Below are positions 11,901-24,159 of a DNA stretch of 64,000 nt, in pieces. The stretch's first letter is position 1. Each line of letters opens with the position of its first letter. The position numbers were made by a program, and so were the translations under genes. Origin of the DNA: Eledone cirrhosa (lineage: Eukaryota); the NCBI GenBank assembly GCA_964016885.1, contig OZ024742.1, positions 77,066,001-77,130,000 of the forward strand. Direction: 5' to 3'. The notes beneath the pieces are model-generated. The model ran no database searches and was not told where the DNA came from. It saw only the letters and a list, made by a program, of their open reading frames with translations.

Positions 11901-14034
11901 CAGAACACCCTATTGAGATACGATCTGGATGACCTGTTACGGTTTGTCCATGTCCACATTGGCACATTCGGGTGTCCATTCGATACCTGTCAGACAGTTC
12001 AAAACATCTGAGCAGGTTGGTGAGGCCCTTGCACCCTTCTCCGCTATCCACTAGCCACACACATTCCCAGCGTGCATCCAAGATACCGTTCCAGTCGCCC
12101 ACTAACACTAAAGAGCGGGACGTTCCAAGAGAGGTCTCTAGACGTCTGAAGAAATCTGGCCGTCCTGTCCCAGTTGGAGCATAGACGGCTACTAGCCTGA
12201 ATGCATTGCCTTCGCTGCCGGTCACGTCCAGCACCAGCGACTTACCTTCTGAGGTCGTTGAGCAGGTGACCCTGCTTCCAAGATGACCCCAGGCCACGTG
12301 CATTTATACTGCTTATTCTAAGTACGGCCATTATGGATGAGAAACGAGGCATGTGTGAAAGGGTCATTTACCTTAATCGTGTTGCGAAGGGATAGTAGAA
12401 CCGTCCCTTTGACTGGTCATGGGGGTTTTCAAGGGGATGTCAGTGTATATCCTCTTGGTAACTGACCTACTGAAGTCTCCAACTGCGTTGGGGAATTTTT
12501 GTTTTAAAAGTTCGTACTTTTCTATTTTGATATCAATGATGCTTATGTTTGTCGGAAGATTTCTTGGTGTTGGTGAGATGTAGTAACTTGTTTCTGTGAT
12601 GTCTGTGTGCTGCTTTATATATTGTATGAGTTCTTTATTTGCCATGTTTATGGCTGTGTACTTTTTGGCGGCAAGGGTGATTTTGTTGCTGTTGGGTATG
12701 TGTGTTTTGTTGTGTTTGCGTTGTTGGTGTTTTTGGTGAGGTTGGTGGTGGTGTTGTTATTGTTGGCGGTGGTGCTTGTGGTGGTGTTGTTGCAAGTCTC
12801 CTTGCAGCTTTTACCCCTCTTTGCGTGCCTTCGCTTTTGGAGGGTGAAGCTAAGGGTTTTTCGTTTTTGTTTGTTTGTTGCAGACCGTTTGCCAATACAC
12901 TCCCGCGTCAAACTCCATGTCGGATTCTGTGGCGTCTGGGAGAGGTATGTGCTCCACGGCTGTTGGTGGTGGTTGTAGAGCCCTCTCCGGCGATTTTGTT
13001 CCTGGTGCAGCTACTGAAATTGTAGCTACTGGTGTTGCCGCCACTGATGGTGCTGCTTTAGTTGTCCGTGGCCATGGTACGGGTGCTACGACGTTTCTCT
13101 CCTACTCACTGTGGGAGGGGCTTCTGCGTTTGTTGTCTGCTCTGCTCTTGGTAGCAGCGAATCAGGTATTGTAAGGGGAGGGGCCTGTTCTTCGTTGTCT
13201 TCTGCGGGCAAAAGGCCCTGAGGTGACCTTTTGACCCACAGAGATAACTTTTTGGTCGTCTTCGTTCCACGCTTATAGGGAGTTGGAGTCCTTCCTCGAG
13301 GTCTATGATATCGGGGATAGCGTGGCGATACATTCCTGGTCAGTTTGTATAAGCATTTGCATGCCTATACCTGACCAGTTCTCTCACCCTATTTTCTCTA
13401 CTTGCAGCATAGTCGTCCTGTCCTCGATTCCAGCAAGGACATACTCGGCCAGCCAAGTTATGGGCTATCGTGTGGGACCTGGCTCATTTTGACCTTCACA
13501 ATGTTCTGCCCGCAGTAGGAGGGCACCAACAGTATCTCCTCACCTTTTAGGGTTTCAAAAGAGTGAGACTTCGCTTCTTGGGCGGGGGGGGGGGGCATAC
13601 TCTACTGTGGCGTACTTTCTGCCTCGGGTAATGTAGGATTTGCGTACCCAGACGCACCCCAAGGCCTTTTCGATTTGAGATTCCGTGGCTCTTTCCAACC
13701 GATGTGACATTTTGCTTACGGTGCGCTAAGTTACCGTCCATAGATGCTGGTTCTTGAAAAAATCGGGTGGACGTTTCAAGGAAACTCTATTGGCGTTTCT
13801 TGTCACCATGGCCTTTGCGACTGCCATCTCCTCCTCTGTGACTAATACAGTTTCGATATTTAGGGCGACACACTCAAAAGAAGTGGTCCCTTTTTAAGCA
13901 GCACCAATATTGCTGCCGTTACTGGTCCTGCTGGTAGTCCTGTGATCGCTGTTACAGGTATCGATGTCATTGTTGATGTTTTCGTTGGTACTGTTGTTGC
14001 TGTTGTTATTGTTTTCGTTGATACTGCTGCTGTT
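8976..14034 (-). mobile_element. Decayed L1/Tx1-type LINE (ORF1 + APE-RT ORF2, polyA 3' end)
   Basis: ORF1 has a knuckle SYLCGSKGHLRAFCP. ORF2 starts MAVLRISSINARGL near 12331 and has APE motifs (VYAP, VGDWN, TDHK) and RT motifs (KSPG, FRPL, LDQSKAFDRV, VRQGFPLS, YAND). The 3' end is AATAAAAAAAA at 8976-8986. Many frameshifts. Confidence 0.9.
9300..12331 (-). pseudogene. LINE ORF2 (AP endonuclease + reverse transcriptase), frameshifted, with an internal deletion in the APE domain
   Basis: ORF-track pieces 11890-12303, 11567-11965, 10970-11437, 10512-10952, 9960-10382 and 9782-10093 join into a collinear APE-RT-Cterm order. Confidence 0.85.
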
Positions 14035-14678
14035 GTTCGGCAAACATCGTTGCCCTTTTGTTCAACACCGAGCATTATAATAAATGTTCGGTAAACCCAT
14101 ACGTACATATGTATATGTGTGCATGTATGTATGTATATACATACTACTGTACATCTGTATACATATATGCATGTACGTATACATACTTACATTTAAGTAT
14201 CAGCCGTACTAAGTGTGAGAAATGAAATTTCATTTTTTCAATTTATGGTTATCGGTTAACCCGGCCAACTAACTCACTCGATATGCAAATTAGGCTGCTC
14301 AGCCGTTAATTTGAATAAGGAAAGTATATACTTTCAAACGTTCGATCAACTGACAGCAAGGAATACGGTGCTGATGACAGCTAATAAGCTAGAAACTAGT
14401 TCATCTTTATTTTGTCAGTGTTGAACAAAAGGTCACCGATGTTTGCCGAACACTGTACGGCTAATAATTCGGGTTGTTTGTTTACAAACAAACCGATCAT
14501 TATAATAAATGTTCGGTAAACCCATACGTACATATGTATATGTGTGCATGTATGTATGTATATATATATATATATACTACTGTACGTCTGTATACATATA
14601 TGTATGTACGTATACATACTTGCATTTAAGTATCAGCCTTACTAAGGGTGAGAAATGAAATTTCATTTTTTCCATTTA
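14035..14678 (+). mobile_element. ~420-bp HHR-bearing non-coding repeat, 1.5 tandem units with a 34-bp 5' inversion
   Basis: 14069-14250 is repeated at 14492-14678. 14035-14068 is the reverse complement of 14418-14451. It ends in (TA)n. Same family as 42545-42800 and 43633-44445. Confidence 0.8.
14367..14405 (+). ncRNA. Minimal type I hammerhead ribozyme motif
   Basis: GGTG-CTGATGA-CAGCTAATAAGCTA-GAAA-CTAG-TT-CATC: stem I, canonical core, stem II, palindromic stem III, GUU site. Confidence 0.75.
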
Positions 14679-14789
14679 TATATATATATATATTTTTTTT
14701 AAATAGAGGTGTGACACACGAGTTGTGGCATATTAGTAAAAAGGGAAAGAAAATGCTGACAAATTTTTCCCAGTGGAAAATATTTTAAT

Positions 14790-17700
14790 TAGGAATAAGT
14801 AGAAATTAGTAATAAGTATTAGTTAGTATTCAGTTTTAGTTTTAAGTTTTTACCGGTTGCGCATTTCTTATGCTTTTCAAAAATAATTTTGAGATAGAGT
14901 GCTCGTGATTTTTGCTCTAATCAGATCAGTTTTGGAAATTCTTCCTGTTTTATGCGAAAAAAGTGGCTTAGGAGGTATTAACATTTGGTTGGTTGTTGAA
15001 TGTCACGTGAATAAGCACTATAAATTTTGCGCCAATTCCTGTTGCAAACATTCTTGAAGTCAAAACAATTTTGTTTGATCGGTAGAAGTCACGTGAATGT
15101 TTAAATTGATTTAGCGCAAACTGCTTTCGCGCCAAATGTTGGTTTTTCGAAGAGTGTCCTTTTCCGCTTGATTGAGTTACAGTCATGTTGAGAGGTCAAC
15201 AGTTAAGGTGTCTATTAAGACAAATATATATGTGTGTATGTGTGTGTGTGCGTGTAACAAAGTGGTTCACTGTTGTGATAATGGAAATGAATCGGTCAGT
15301 AGGAATCTATGTGTGGGTGTTTTATTTTAACATGTTGAAACATATTTTTCAGGTCCTGTCTCATACGGAGAACTGTGTGTGTATGTATGTCTGTATGTTA
15401 GTGTGAGCATGTGCATGCGTGTGCGTGTGTGTGTGTTTGTGTGGATGGACCAGTATTTTTGTCGTTCTGGTAAAAATGGCGTACATTATTCGATATTTTC
15501 AGTTATTTGCAAAAACGATTCTCTCAAAAGAACACCAATAATAAAAGTGGTGAAATGATGTATAGTATTGTCATAACAACAAGGCGTGTGTGAGTGTCCA
15601 GATTGTATGGGATACTTGTGTACAAATATGTATTCACCCATCAATGTGCAATACATGTTTGCGTATGTGTATGTGTGCGTGTCGGTACGTGTATGCAAAA
15701 TGTATGCAAATTTGTGTATATTTGTGTTGCACCATAGAACATGTGTGTTTACGTATGTCATTGCGTTTAAATGTGGGTAGAAATGTATGTAGGTTGTATG
15801 CTGATGTAGGTATGTATATCAACGTGTGTATGTTGTAGGTTCGTATTAAGAAGAATTGTTTAGAGGAGATCCGTATTTGTTAATAAAGTGTGATTCCTTG
15901 CTTATGCGCTGGGTGTGGGTGGCATTATCTTTAAATTTGTAGAGGAGTAAGTTTCTAAAGTTGGGATAATTTTGAGCGGCATAGGTATCAATTTGTTCAA
16001 TCAGTGGTATTTTTCTGTATTCCCGTATTTTGATTTGGGATCTATAGACAGTCATCCGTTGGCGGAGGCTGTTTTTAGTGTGGCCTATGTATTGTTCTCG
16101 ACAACTTGAGCAAGTTAATACATATATTAGAGTTTCTGATGCGCATGTGAAATTGTGTTATACTATAAAACGGTGTCATTGTTTGAAATATAATTCCGAA
16201 CCCTCTATTAGGTTGATACATATACAGTTGGGTCTATCGCATTTTTTTACTGGGGGTTTCGTTGTTGTGGTTGGCAGTACTTTCGCTTGTGTTAGTATGT
16301 TTCTCATTTACTTAGATTGTCTTTTGCTCTTTATGATATCGTGTGTTCGAAGGATTTGGTTCATTCTATGGTCCTTTTTTTAATACAGGGATATACTGCA
16401 GGATGGTGTCAAAGGCCTCATTGGTGAGGGGGTGTGTGTGGAGATGTATGGAAGAGCTTTTAGTTTCGGTTGATTAACCTTAGGGTGTCTAAGGTCCTGG
16501 GTACTGTGTTTTAGGGCACGTTAGATTCCATTGACAATTAGTGATGCAGTGTACTCCCTGCTTATGAGTGCGTCCTTTAGTTCTTGTAGACGTACCTAAG
16601 TAACAAGTATTTTTATTAGAAAATATGATACAGATTTTATTTGCTAAGTTGTAGGGAATATTAATTTTAACGTGTCCTGGGTGGCATGAATTGAAAGGAA
16701 GATATTGCTTGGAGTCTGTGGGCTTATAGTATATGTCTGTTTCTATTTTTTTGTTATGAATCTTAATGAGGATGTCGAGAAAAGGGAGTTGTTGATGGCT
16801 GTATTCCATTGTAAAATTAATATTCGTGTTGAGCCCATTTATAAGCATGTGAAATTCTTTAAGTTTCTCGATATTTTCGAGCGAAACGATGAAGCAGTCA
16901 TCTAGATATCTATTCCAGTTCTTTTCAATGTGTAAACGGAGAATGTTTCGAAATTTGTTTAGTACTCTAGTGTAGAGGGGGATTTCCAGGTATCCCAAGA
17001 CTAGGTTGGCATAAGTGGGGGCCGTTTTCGTTCCCATAGCGGTCCCAGATTTCTGCCTGTATAATTTGTTATTGAAAACGAAGTAATTATTCTCCAAGAC
17101 AAATTTGAGTCCTTCTATCACGAATTCTTTTTTGATGCGTTGTGGGAGTTCATTGGTGTAATTATCCAGCCAGAATTGGATAGCTTCTATTCCTAGGTTG
17201 TGGAAGATGTTGGAGTATAGGTTGACTACATCGAACGTCACTAGCAGGGTTTGTTCAGTAAGGGTATAGTAGGGAGGTGGTTGAGCATATCTAGGTCGTC
17301 CCTTATGTAGCTTTTAATGTGTTTGAGAAAAGGTTTGAGAAGGGTAACAATGAAGTTGCTAAGGAGGTGGGTTTCGCAAGCGGGGCCTGCTATTATAGGT
17401 CATAATTTGAGATCATTAGGCGAGGGGACATTGATGACTATGTATGTGGCTTCCTTGCATGCCTTACTTATTAATTCGCTTGTATGTACTTTAGGGATAC
17501 TATAGAAAAGGCTAGATTTACTTGTGAAGTCTGTGATGAAGCTGAATTCCTTGTTAGTGAGTCCTACTTTGTATGGGTTGATCAGTGTTTTTAGATTTCT
17601 CATAATTTCCTGTTGATTGTAGTGTTCAGCCTTTTCGTAGTATGTTTCATTTTCCAAAGTGAAGAGCGTTAAGTTGATATAGAATTCTGTCTAAATTAGG

Positions 17701-18305
17701 ATTACTGCACCCACTTTATCAGCCTCTTTAATTGTAATAGTTATGATGTTTTTTAATCTAAATAACCCCCCCCCCCCCACACACACACACGTGTACACAC
17801 ACATTCTTACTGACCGATTCCTTTCCATTATCACAACAGTGGACCGCTCTGCTATACGCACACGCACATATTTGTTTTAATAGACACCTGAACTGTTGAC
17901 TTCTCAACATGACTGCAACTCAATCAAGCTGAAAAGGACACTCTTCGTTAAACCTACATTTGGCGTGAAACCAGTTCGCGCTAAAATCATTTTAAACATT
18001 CATGTGACTTCTACCGACCAATCAAAATTGTTTTGATTACAAGAATTTTTGCAACACGAACTGGCGCGAAATTTATAGTGCTTATTCACGTGACATTCAA
18101 CAACCAACCAAATGTTAATACCTCCCAAGCCACTTTTTTCACATAAAACAGAAAGAATTTCCAAAACTGATCAGATTAGAGCAAAAATCACGAGCACTCT
18201 ATCTCAAAATTATTTTTGAAAAGCATAAGAAATGCGCAACCGGTAAAAAGTTTAAACTAAAACTGAATACTAACTAATACTTACTACTAATTTATACTTA
18301 TATAA
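14790..18305 (-). mobile_element. Penelope-like element (lineage A; Cys-rich linker, Neptune-like) with inverted pseudo-LTR
   Basis: RT 16489-17241 (FDVVNLYSNI, GTAMGTKTAPTYANL, YLDD, LPFLDI, YYKPTD…SCHP). GIY-YIG region near 15850-16160 (IYVLTCSSCREQYIGHT…RQRM). 17790-18305 is the reverse complement of 14790-15320. Confidence 0.9.
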
Positions 18306-18343
18306 TTTATCCTTTTTACTAATATATATATACATATAAATAT

Positions 18344-18569
18344 AATAAATGTAATCTGAGTTTTTCTAATATTAATAATAACATTCGATTCGTTTGTAAT
18401 TATGCAAACAAGCCTCAATTTTATAGCCATGTCAGTACAATGAACCCTTCATTCTTGCTCTAGTCTTGGCATGATCACATACCAATTGCAAACGAATCGA
18501 ATGTTATTATTAATATTCGAAAAACTCAGATTACATTTATTGTATTCAGCCATGTTGAGCAAAATATTT

Positions 18570-18574
<5 letters not shown>
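18344..18574. repeat. Short element with ~58-bp inverted arms, next to (TA)n
   Basis: 18344-18401 (AATAAATGTAATCTGAGTTTTTC…TTTGTAATT) is the reverse complement of 18484-18541. Confidence 0.7.
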
Positions 18575-18664
<90 letters not shown>

Positions 18665-18810
18665 TTAAGTTTCTACTGTGGTTTTGTTTCCCTCCTTAGA
18701 AAGCAGAGAAATGATCCAATACAATGGATTGGCGGTATTCTAGATTATATAGCAACACATAATAGTGCATGTATATTCCATATATATTTACACTCAAATG
18801 ATCACGCGCG

Positions 18811-18930
<120 letters not shown>

Positions 18931-18941
18931 TAGATTATATG

Positions 18942-18972
<31 letters not shown>

Positions 18973-19183
18973 GTATATATACATGTGTATATATATGTAA
19001 TCCTGTCTGTATGTGTCCGTGTGAGTAATTACATTGTATATGCATGATATCAGTTTGCGTGTGTCTATGGTTTCTGTAAGTAAGGCAGGGTGAGAGATAG
19101 AGAGAGAGAGAAAGAGAGAATTTGTCTGAAAAAAATTGAGAACAGCCCCTATTGTATTTGACAAAGAATGCTTTGATGTAAAT

Positions 19184-20057
19184 TCAATCTATACGTTGTG
19201 CCAATGTATAATATGTTCTATTATATCCTGATACATCAGCGTTGGCTTTCTTAATAACAACCTCTTTTTGTCTGAGAAATCTTACTGCAGGCTCACATTT
19301 AATGTTGTTCACCGTACTAGAAAACCGATATATTCCTAAATGAAAAATGTCTTCTCCCTTAACAGAAGTAATTAAAAACGATGTTTTATCAGAATGGATT
19401 TAAATAGTTCACTAACAGCGAAAATTGCTTAAACAAACACCTTCTCCTGTGATAGTTGACTGAAAGAATTCAGTTTGAAAGCATTCTTTCATGAAATACA
19501 CTGCATGGTAAATCACTGGGAGTTCTTGATCTTTTATCAAACATTCTAAGGACAGTTTTCGATATTTCTATATTACAAAGCGAAAACAACGATATAACAT
19601 AAGAATCTACATAACGTTGCTTTCATTTTAAATGTTAGGCACGTCGAAACTATAATCATAAACTACTCTTCCTTATACGATATTGGTCGTATTTCAAAAT
19701 GAATGAAAAGCGTAAAATATCCATATATCTTATGCATTCAAATACATCTTAAACTTTGACAAGCAAGTCACAATTAAATATCTATCATTCTTTTCATAGT
19801 TTACTAAATATAACATATCTAAGCAGCAGTAGTTATTTTAAACATGAAACTGAAAGGCGATTACGATCGAATAATGTCTTAAAGTATAGAGCTGCTTCGA
19901 AAAAAAAATAAAAACATATAAACTGTAGCACAGATACATGCACATATACACACCCACTTACATTTTCTTTCCTTTCTCATGCATTTTTATAATCGTTTAT
20001 TGTTGATATGCATTGATATATGAATGTGTGTGTGTCTGCATGTCTGTCAGTGTGTAT

Positions 20058-20126
<69 letters not shown>

Positions 20127-20397
20127 TGTGTGTGTGTGAGTATTTTTGAGAAGGTTTTGCACCTATGTATATTTTATAAATAATAGTCATTTTTTTGTTT
20201 GTAGGCAGGCAGGGGGGTAGACACATAAATACTTGATATTATAATATAAAATGTAGAAGTTATTCCATTTTCTAAGGTGTATTCATAATAATCATAGAAT
20301 ATATCGCGCAAATGTATTAGAAAATTAAAAATGTGATTGTGTTGCATCATCGCAATTCGATGCGTTTGACAACCCTGGAGATAAGATGTGGCTTCAA
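19184..20397 (-). other. Candidate three terminal exons of an unknown gene (20233-20397, 19441-19545, 19184-19335)
   Basis: AG/GT-bounded, stop-free, phase-1-compatible segments ending in TGA at 19184-19186. No recognisable domain and the donor sites are weak. Confidence 0.25.
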
Positions 20398-21674
20398 CTG
20401 TGAAAAGACATTCAGCATCAATGTTGCTTAGCAAAGAAGTTAATCATTATCTTAAAAACATTTTGTATGCAGGCACCGGTTTTCCTGTTTATTAAGAATT
20501 GAGAAATAATGAATCGTGCAGTTTACGTCTTAAGCTTCTACAAGACATAATGAAGTGGGCTATAAAGCGAAGCTTGGTCACAGGTTCGAGTAACAGTGAG
20601 GGAGGGTCTTATTCCTGGCTCGCTCAACTCCTCTACATTTAAAGATTGATGAGTCTTCTAACACATTTTGATATTACATACTCGCATTTAAGAATTCATT
20701 TCATGTGTTGCTCCTATTCTCTTAAAATTCGAAATAGGAATCGAAGATATTTTTGTGAAATTTAGAGTGTTACCATTTCTTTTGCTGGAACGCTGTCTCA
20801 TCTGGCTTGTATGTACATTAATAGTGACTGAAATCAACTGCATTTACTAAAATCACATCAATGAGCTGCAGCAGAAGAACACTACAGTCATTTCCTGGTT
20901 GGGTATCCATTGAATTAGCGAATGGTACTGACTGTGTTCTTAAACATCTCCCACTACTTGATTTAACTCATGCATTTCCGAACCAAGAAGGAAGACTATA
21001 CGATATCGTTTAACATGAACTGAATTTAAGCTAAATAACTCTTTACATGGAACATATTACATCAGAAGGCAATGGAGATTTCGGAAATATATATTTAGGT
21101 ATCGAAAGCCACGAAATGTTGAGGACAGTTATACTTATAGGTTTGATTGAACATAAATAAATACCATCAATAACAAAAGCAGCATGAAGGAATCTCGTGA
21201 ATGATTGTGAATACAAATAGAAATTCGAACTTGGGGAGTAGTTATTTCTCTTCATTAATTGCATGGATTACTCATCTCCGAATGTGGCAGACGTTCGAAT
21301 GACTTAAAGCCAAATAAAACGTACATTCGCATAATATAAATCAAGTATGTCTGCTATCAGATATATAATCGAGGTTTAAAGTGGTGCTGCCAGCATTAGT
21401 ACAAACGACATATCAGTCAATAAGAAGACATATTTCAATATCTAATTTTCATGTTTAGGTTTCGAAATGAAATACAGTCACATAATTGAAGCTTATGATT
21501 AAAACGCAATATCAATGCAGAATGCTTTATTTATGACAACAAAACAAAGTCTCGTCTCCTGGGAGTTTATAAGTAGTGTGGAATTTCTTTAGTGTTTCTT
21601 TGTACTATTCAATGGAATACACACGCGCACACACACACAACACACACACAGTGTGTGTGTATATAGATAATTAT

Positions 21675-21717
<43 letters not shown>

Positions 21718-21720
<3 letters not shown>

Positions 21721-22506
21721 GACGTAAAATAAGAAAATCTTAAAAATTAAAAATTAACTTACTTACTAAAATGTTCACTCCAACTAATTAGTTTCTCTAA
21801 GGGGATAAATATAATTACGTAATATAACTATAGAGAATTCCTTACGTCATCAGGGAGTCTATTCTCAGCTAAGTTCCCAGGCAATGCGCGGACACTAGGA
21901 ACCCATATAAAAATAATAGTAATTCAGTGGATGGAATAAAGCTAGCGGGCACTAAATTCCAAAGCACTGAAAAAATTCACTGCCTCTGGTCAGTAGTAGA
22001 TTCTAAAGAATCAATCACGTGACACTGAGGTTAATCGGTAATGAGTGGGGTGGTATTATGACAAGAGTCTACTACTACCATGAATCAGCAGTAAATTCTG
22101 GCAAGTTTTACTCAACAAATAATTTGGAGATAAATATAGAGAATTAGTATATATACCAACATATGTGTACAGGTGTACACCCATGCTAGCAAATATATAT
22201 GTTATGTCTTAGTACATTTGTGGTTCTATGCAGGGGGATGCAGAACAATTATATGAAAGACGTAAAATAAGAAAATCTTAAAAATTAAAAATTAACTTAC
22301 TTACTAACCTAAAAGAAACTAATTAGTTGGAGTGAAAATTTTAGTAAGTAAGTTAATTTTTAATTTTTAAGATTTTCTTATTTTACGTCTTTCATATAAT
22401 TGTTCTGCATCCCCCTACATAGAACCACAAAGGTACAAATACATAACATATATATTTGCTAGCATGGGTGTACATCTGTACACATATGTTGGTAGATATA
22501 CTAATT
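21718..22506 (-). mobile_element. ~537-bp HHR-bearing repeat, partial tandem with 5' inversion, between (TA)n tracts
   Basis: 21718-21770 is repeated at 22255-22307. 22313-22505 is the reverse complement of the 22138-22310/21718-21800 junction. HHR at 21777-21858. Confidence 0.8.
21777..21858 (-). ncRNA. Type I hammerhead motif with long stem II
   Basis: Minus strand ACTCC-CTGATGA-CGTAAGG…CCTTAGA-GAAA-CTAATTAG-TT-GGAGT. Confidence 0.7.
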
Positions 22507-22514
22507 ATCTCTCA

Positions 22515-22628
<114 letters not shown>

Positions 22629-22808
22629 TACAATAACAGAGATAGTTTAAAGCTAAACTCTGACTGGTAACCATCTCACTCAACAAACATTAGGTTATAT
22701 TAAAATATAAACCCAATTTAAGTGTTTGGGGTGCTAACAAAATGTATAATGTGGAAAAACCAGTTGTATTATTTTATGAGATATAATTAAAGTAAAAGTA
22801 TATCTCTC

Positions 22809-22936
22809 TTTCCAAACAATTGTTTCATTATAAGTTTTCTACAAGTTTGGGAGAATGTTTCCAGTTTATGTAGAAGCCTAATATATATTCATGTATGAAT
22901 ATATTTATGTGGGCACTTATAAATCATCAGTGCGAG
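22809..22936 (-). ncRNA. Type I hammerhead motif with ~100-nt branched stem II
   Basis: Minus strand CTGATGA-T-TTATAAGT…ACTTATAA-T-GAAA-CAATTG-TT-TG. Stem I is partly decayed. It lies in a 22620-23290 element bounded by (TA)n. Confidence 0.6.
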
Positions 22937-23305
22937 CCCATTAAACATTGATATAAGAAAACAATTTCTTACCGCTGTCAAAAATCATGTCCGTAAAGTA
23001 GCTCTCTCTCACCTCGAATGACCGCCAAATTTGAAATTCCAGCAGTTTTTGACTGAGGAAGTATCATAGCGACACGAAGCGGGAAGGGGAGACAACCCAC
23101 GAAATGAGGAAAAAAATAATATACACGCGGGTTAATTAGTTTTTTTGAAAACATTATCAATCCGACGTGTTTAAGAACTCAATTGAAAATAAAAAAATAA
23201 ATATATGCTTGTATAAATTACACACGCATATAGATATTTTCTTAGGCTAAATCAGAAGTTGTACCCGAATAAGAACCGCTTCTCAAATATATATATATAT
23301 ATATA

Positions 23306-24087
23306 GTAATAATAATAAATTTGAAGACTAAAATCCAAAGAGGGCTCGATAAGGATGAATATATATCAAATATATAAGAACCGTAGAGCAAATATTTATT
23401 AAAATAACAGATTAAAGTTTAAGCAAATAATCTCTGCTTTCATCCTTAACGGGATCTTCTGAAACTAAAAAAGTTAATCTCTGAACACAGAAGTAAATAT
23501 TTCAAAAAACGTTGCAACCGGAGGAAGATAGGAAGACGATACTTTGGTTCGTGGAAATGATCCCTGGCAAAGAACGGGAAAAAACGAAGATAATACGTCA
23601 TTATATGGAGCGGTGAAAAACAATTACACGCAAAGATAAAACCACGTTTATGGTATGAAAGAAGTCGTAGACTAATATTCTATTAGGTGGTTCATGCAGA
23701 CGTGCTCTGGCAAGGAAGGGAAAAAAACGAAAATAATACGTCATTATGTGGAGCGGGGAGAACAATTGCACGCAAAGACAAAACCACGTAAATGGTATAA
23801 CTGAAGTCGTAAACTAAAATTCTAACTAGGACACATCATGATTCTCGGCTTCAGAGTAAAGAATAAAGTAAATAAAATACAGAGGTAATTGAAATTAAAT
23901 AAATACATAAACGCATCAATATACGTTCATACACAAGCATACGCGAAAACACCAGCCATAGGTATACAAATACAAGCACATACACAAAATAACAACCCAG
24001 CACGCACATACAGAACCCACGCAACGCCTATACGCGCACACGTACACATGTATACGCCAAATACACATAAAAATATATATGAAAAAA

Positions 24088-24159
<72 letters not shown>

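Noticed and set aside
9666-13492. Plus-strand ORFs over the LINE
   Set aside because: Antisense shadows of the GC-richer minus-strand LINE ORFs.
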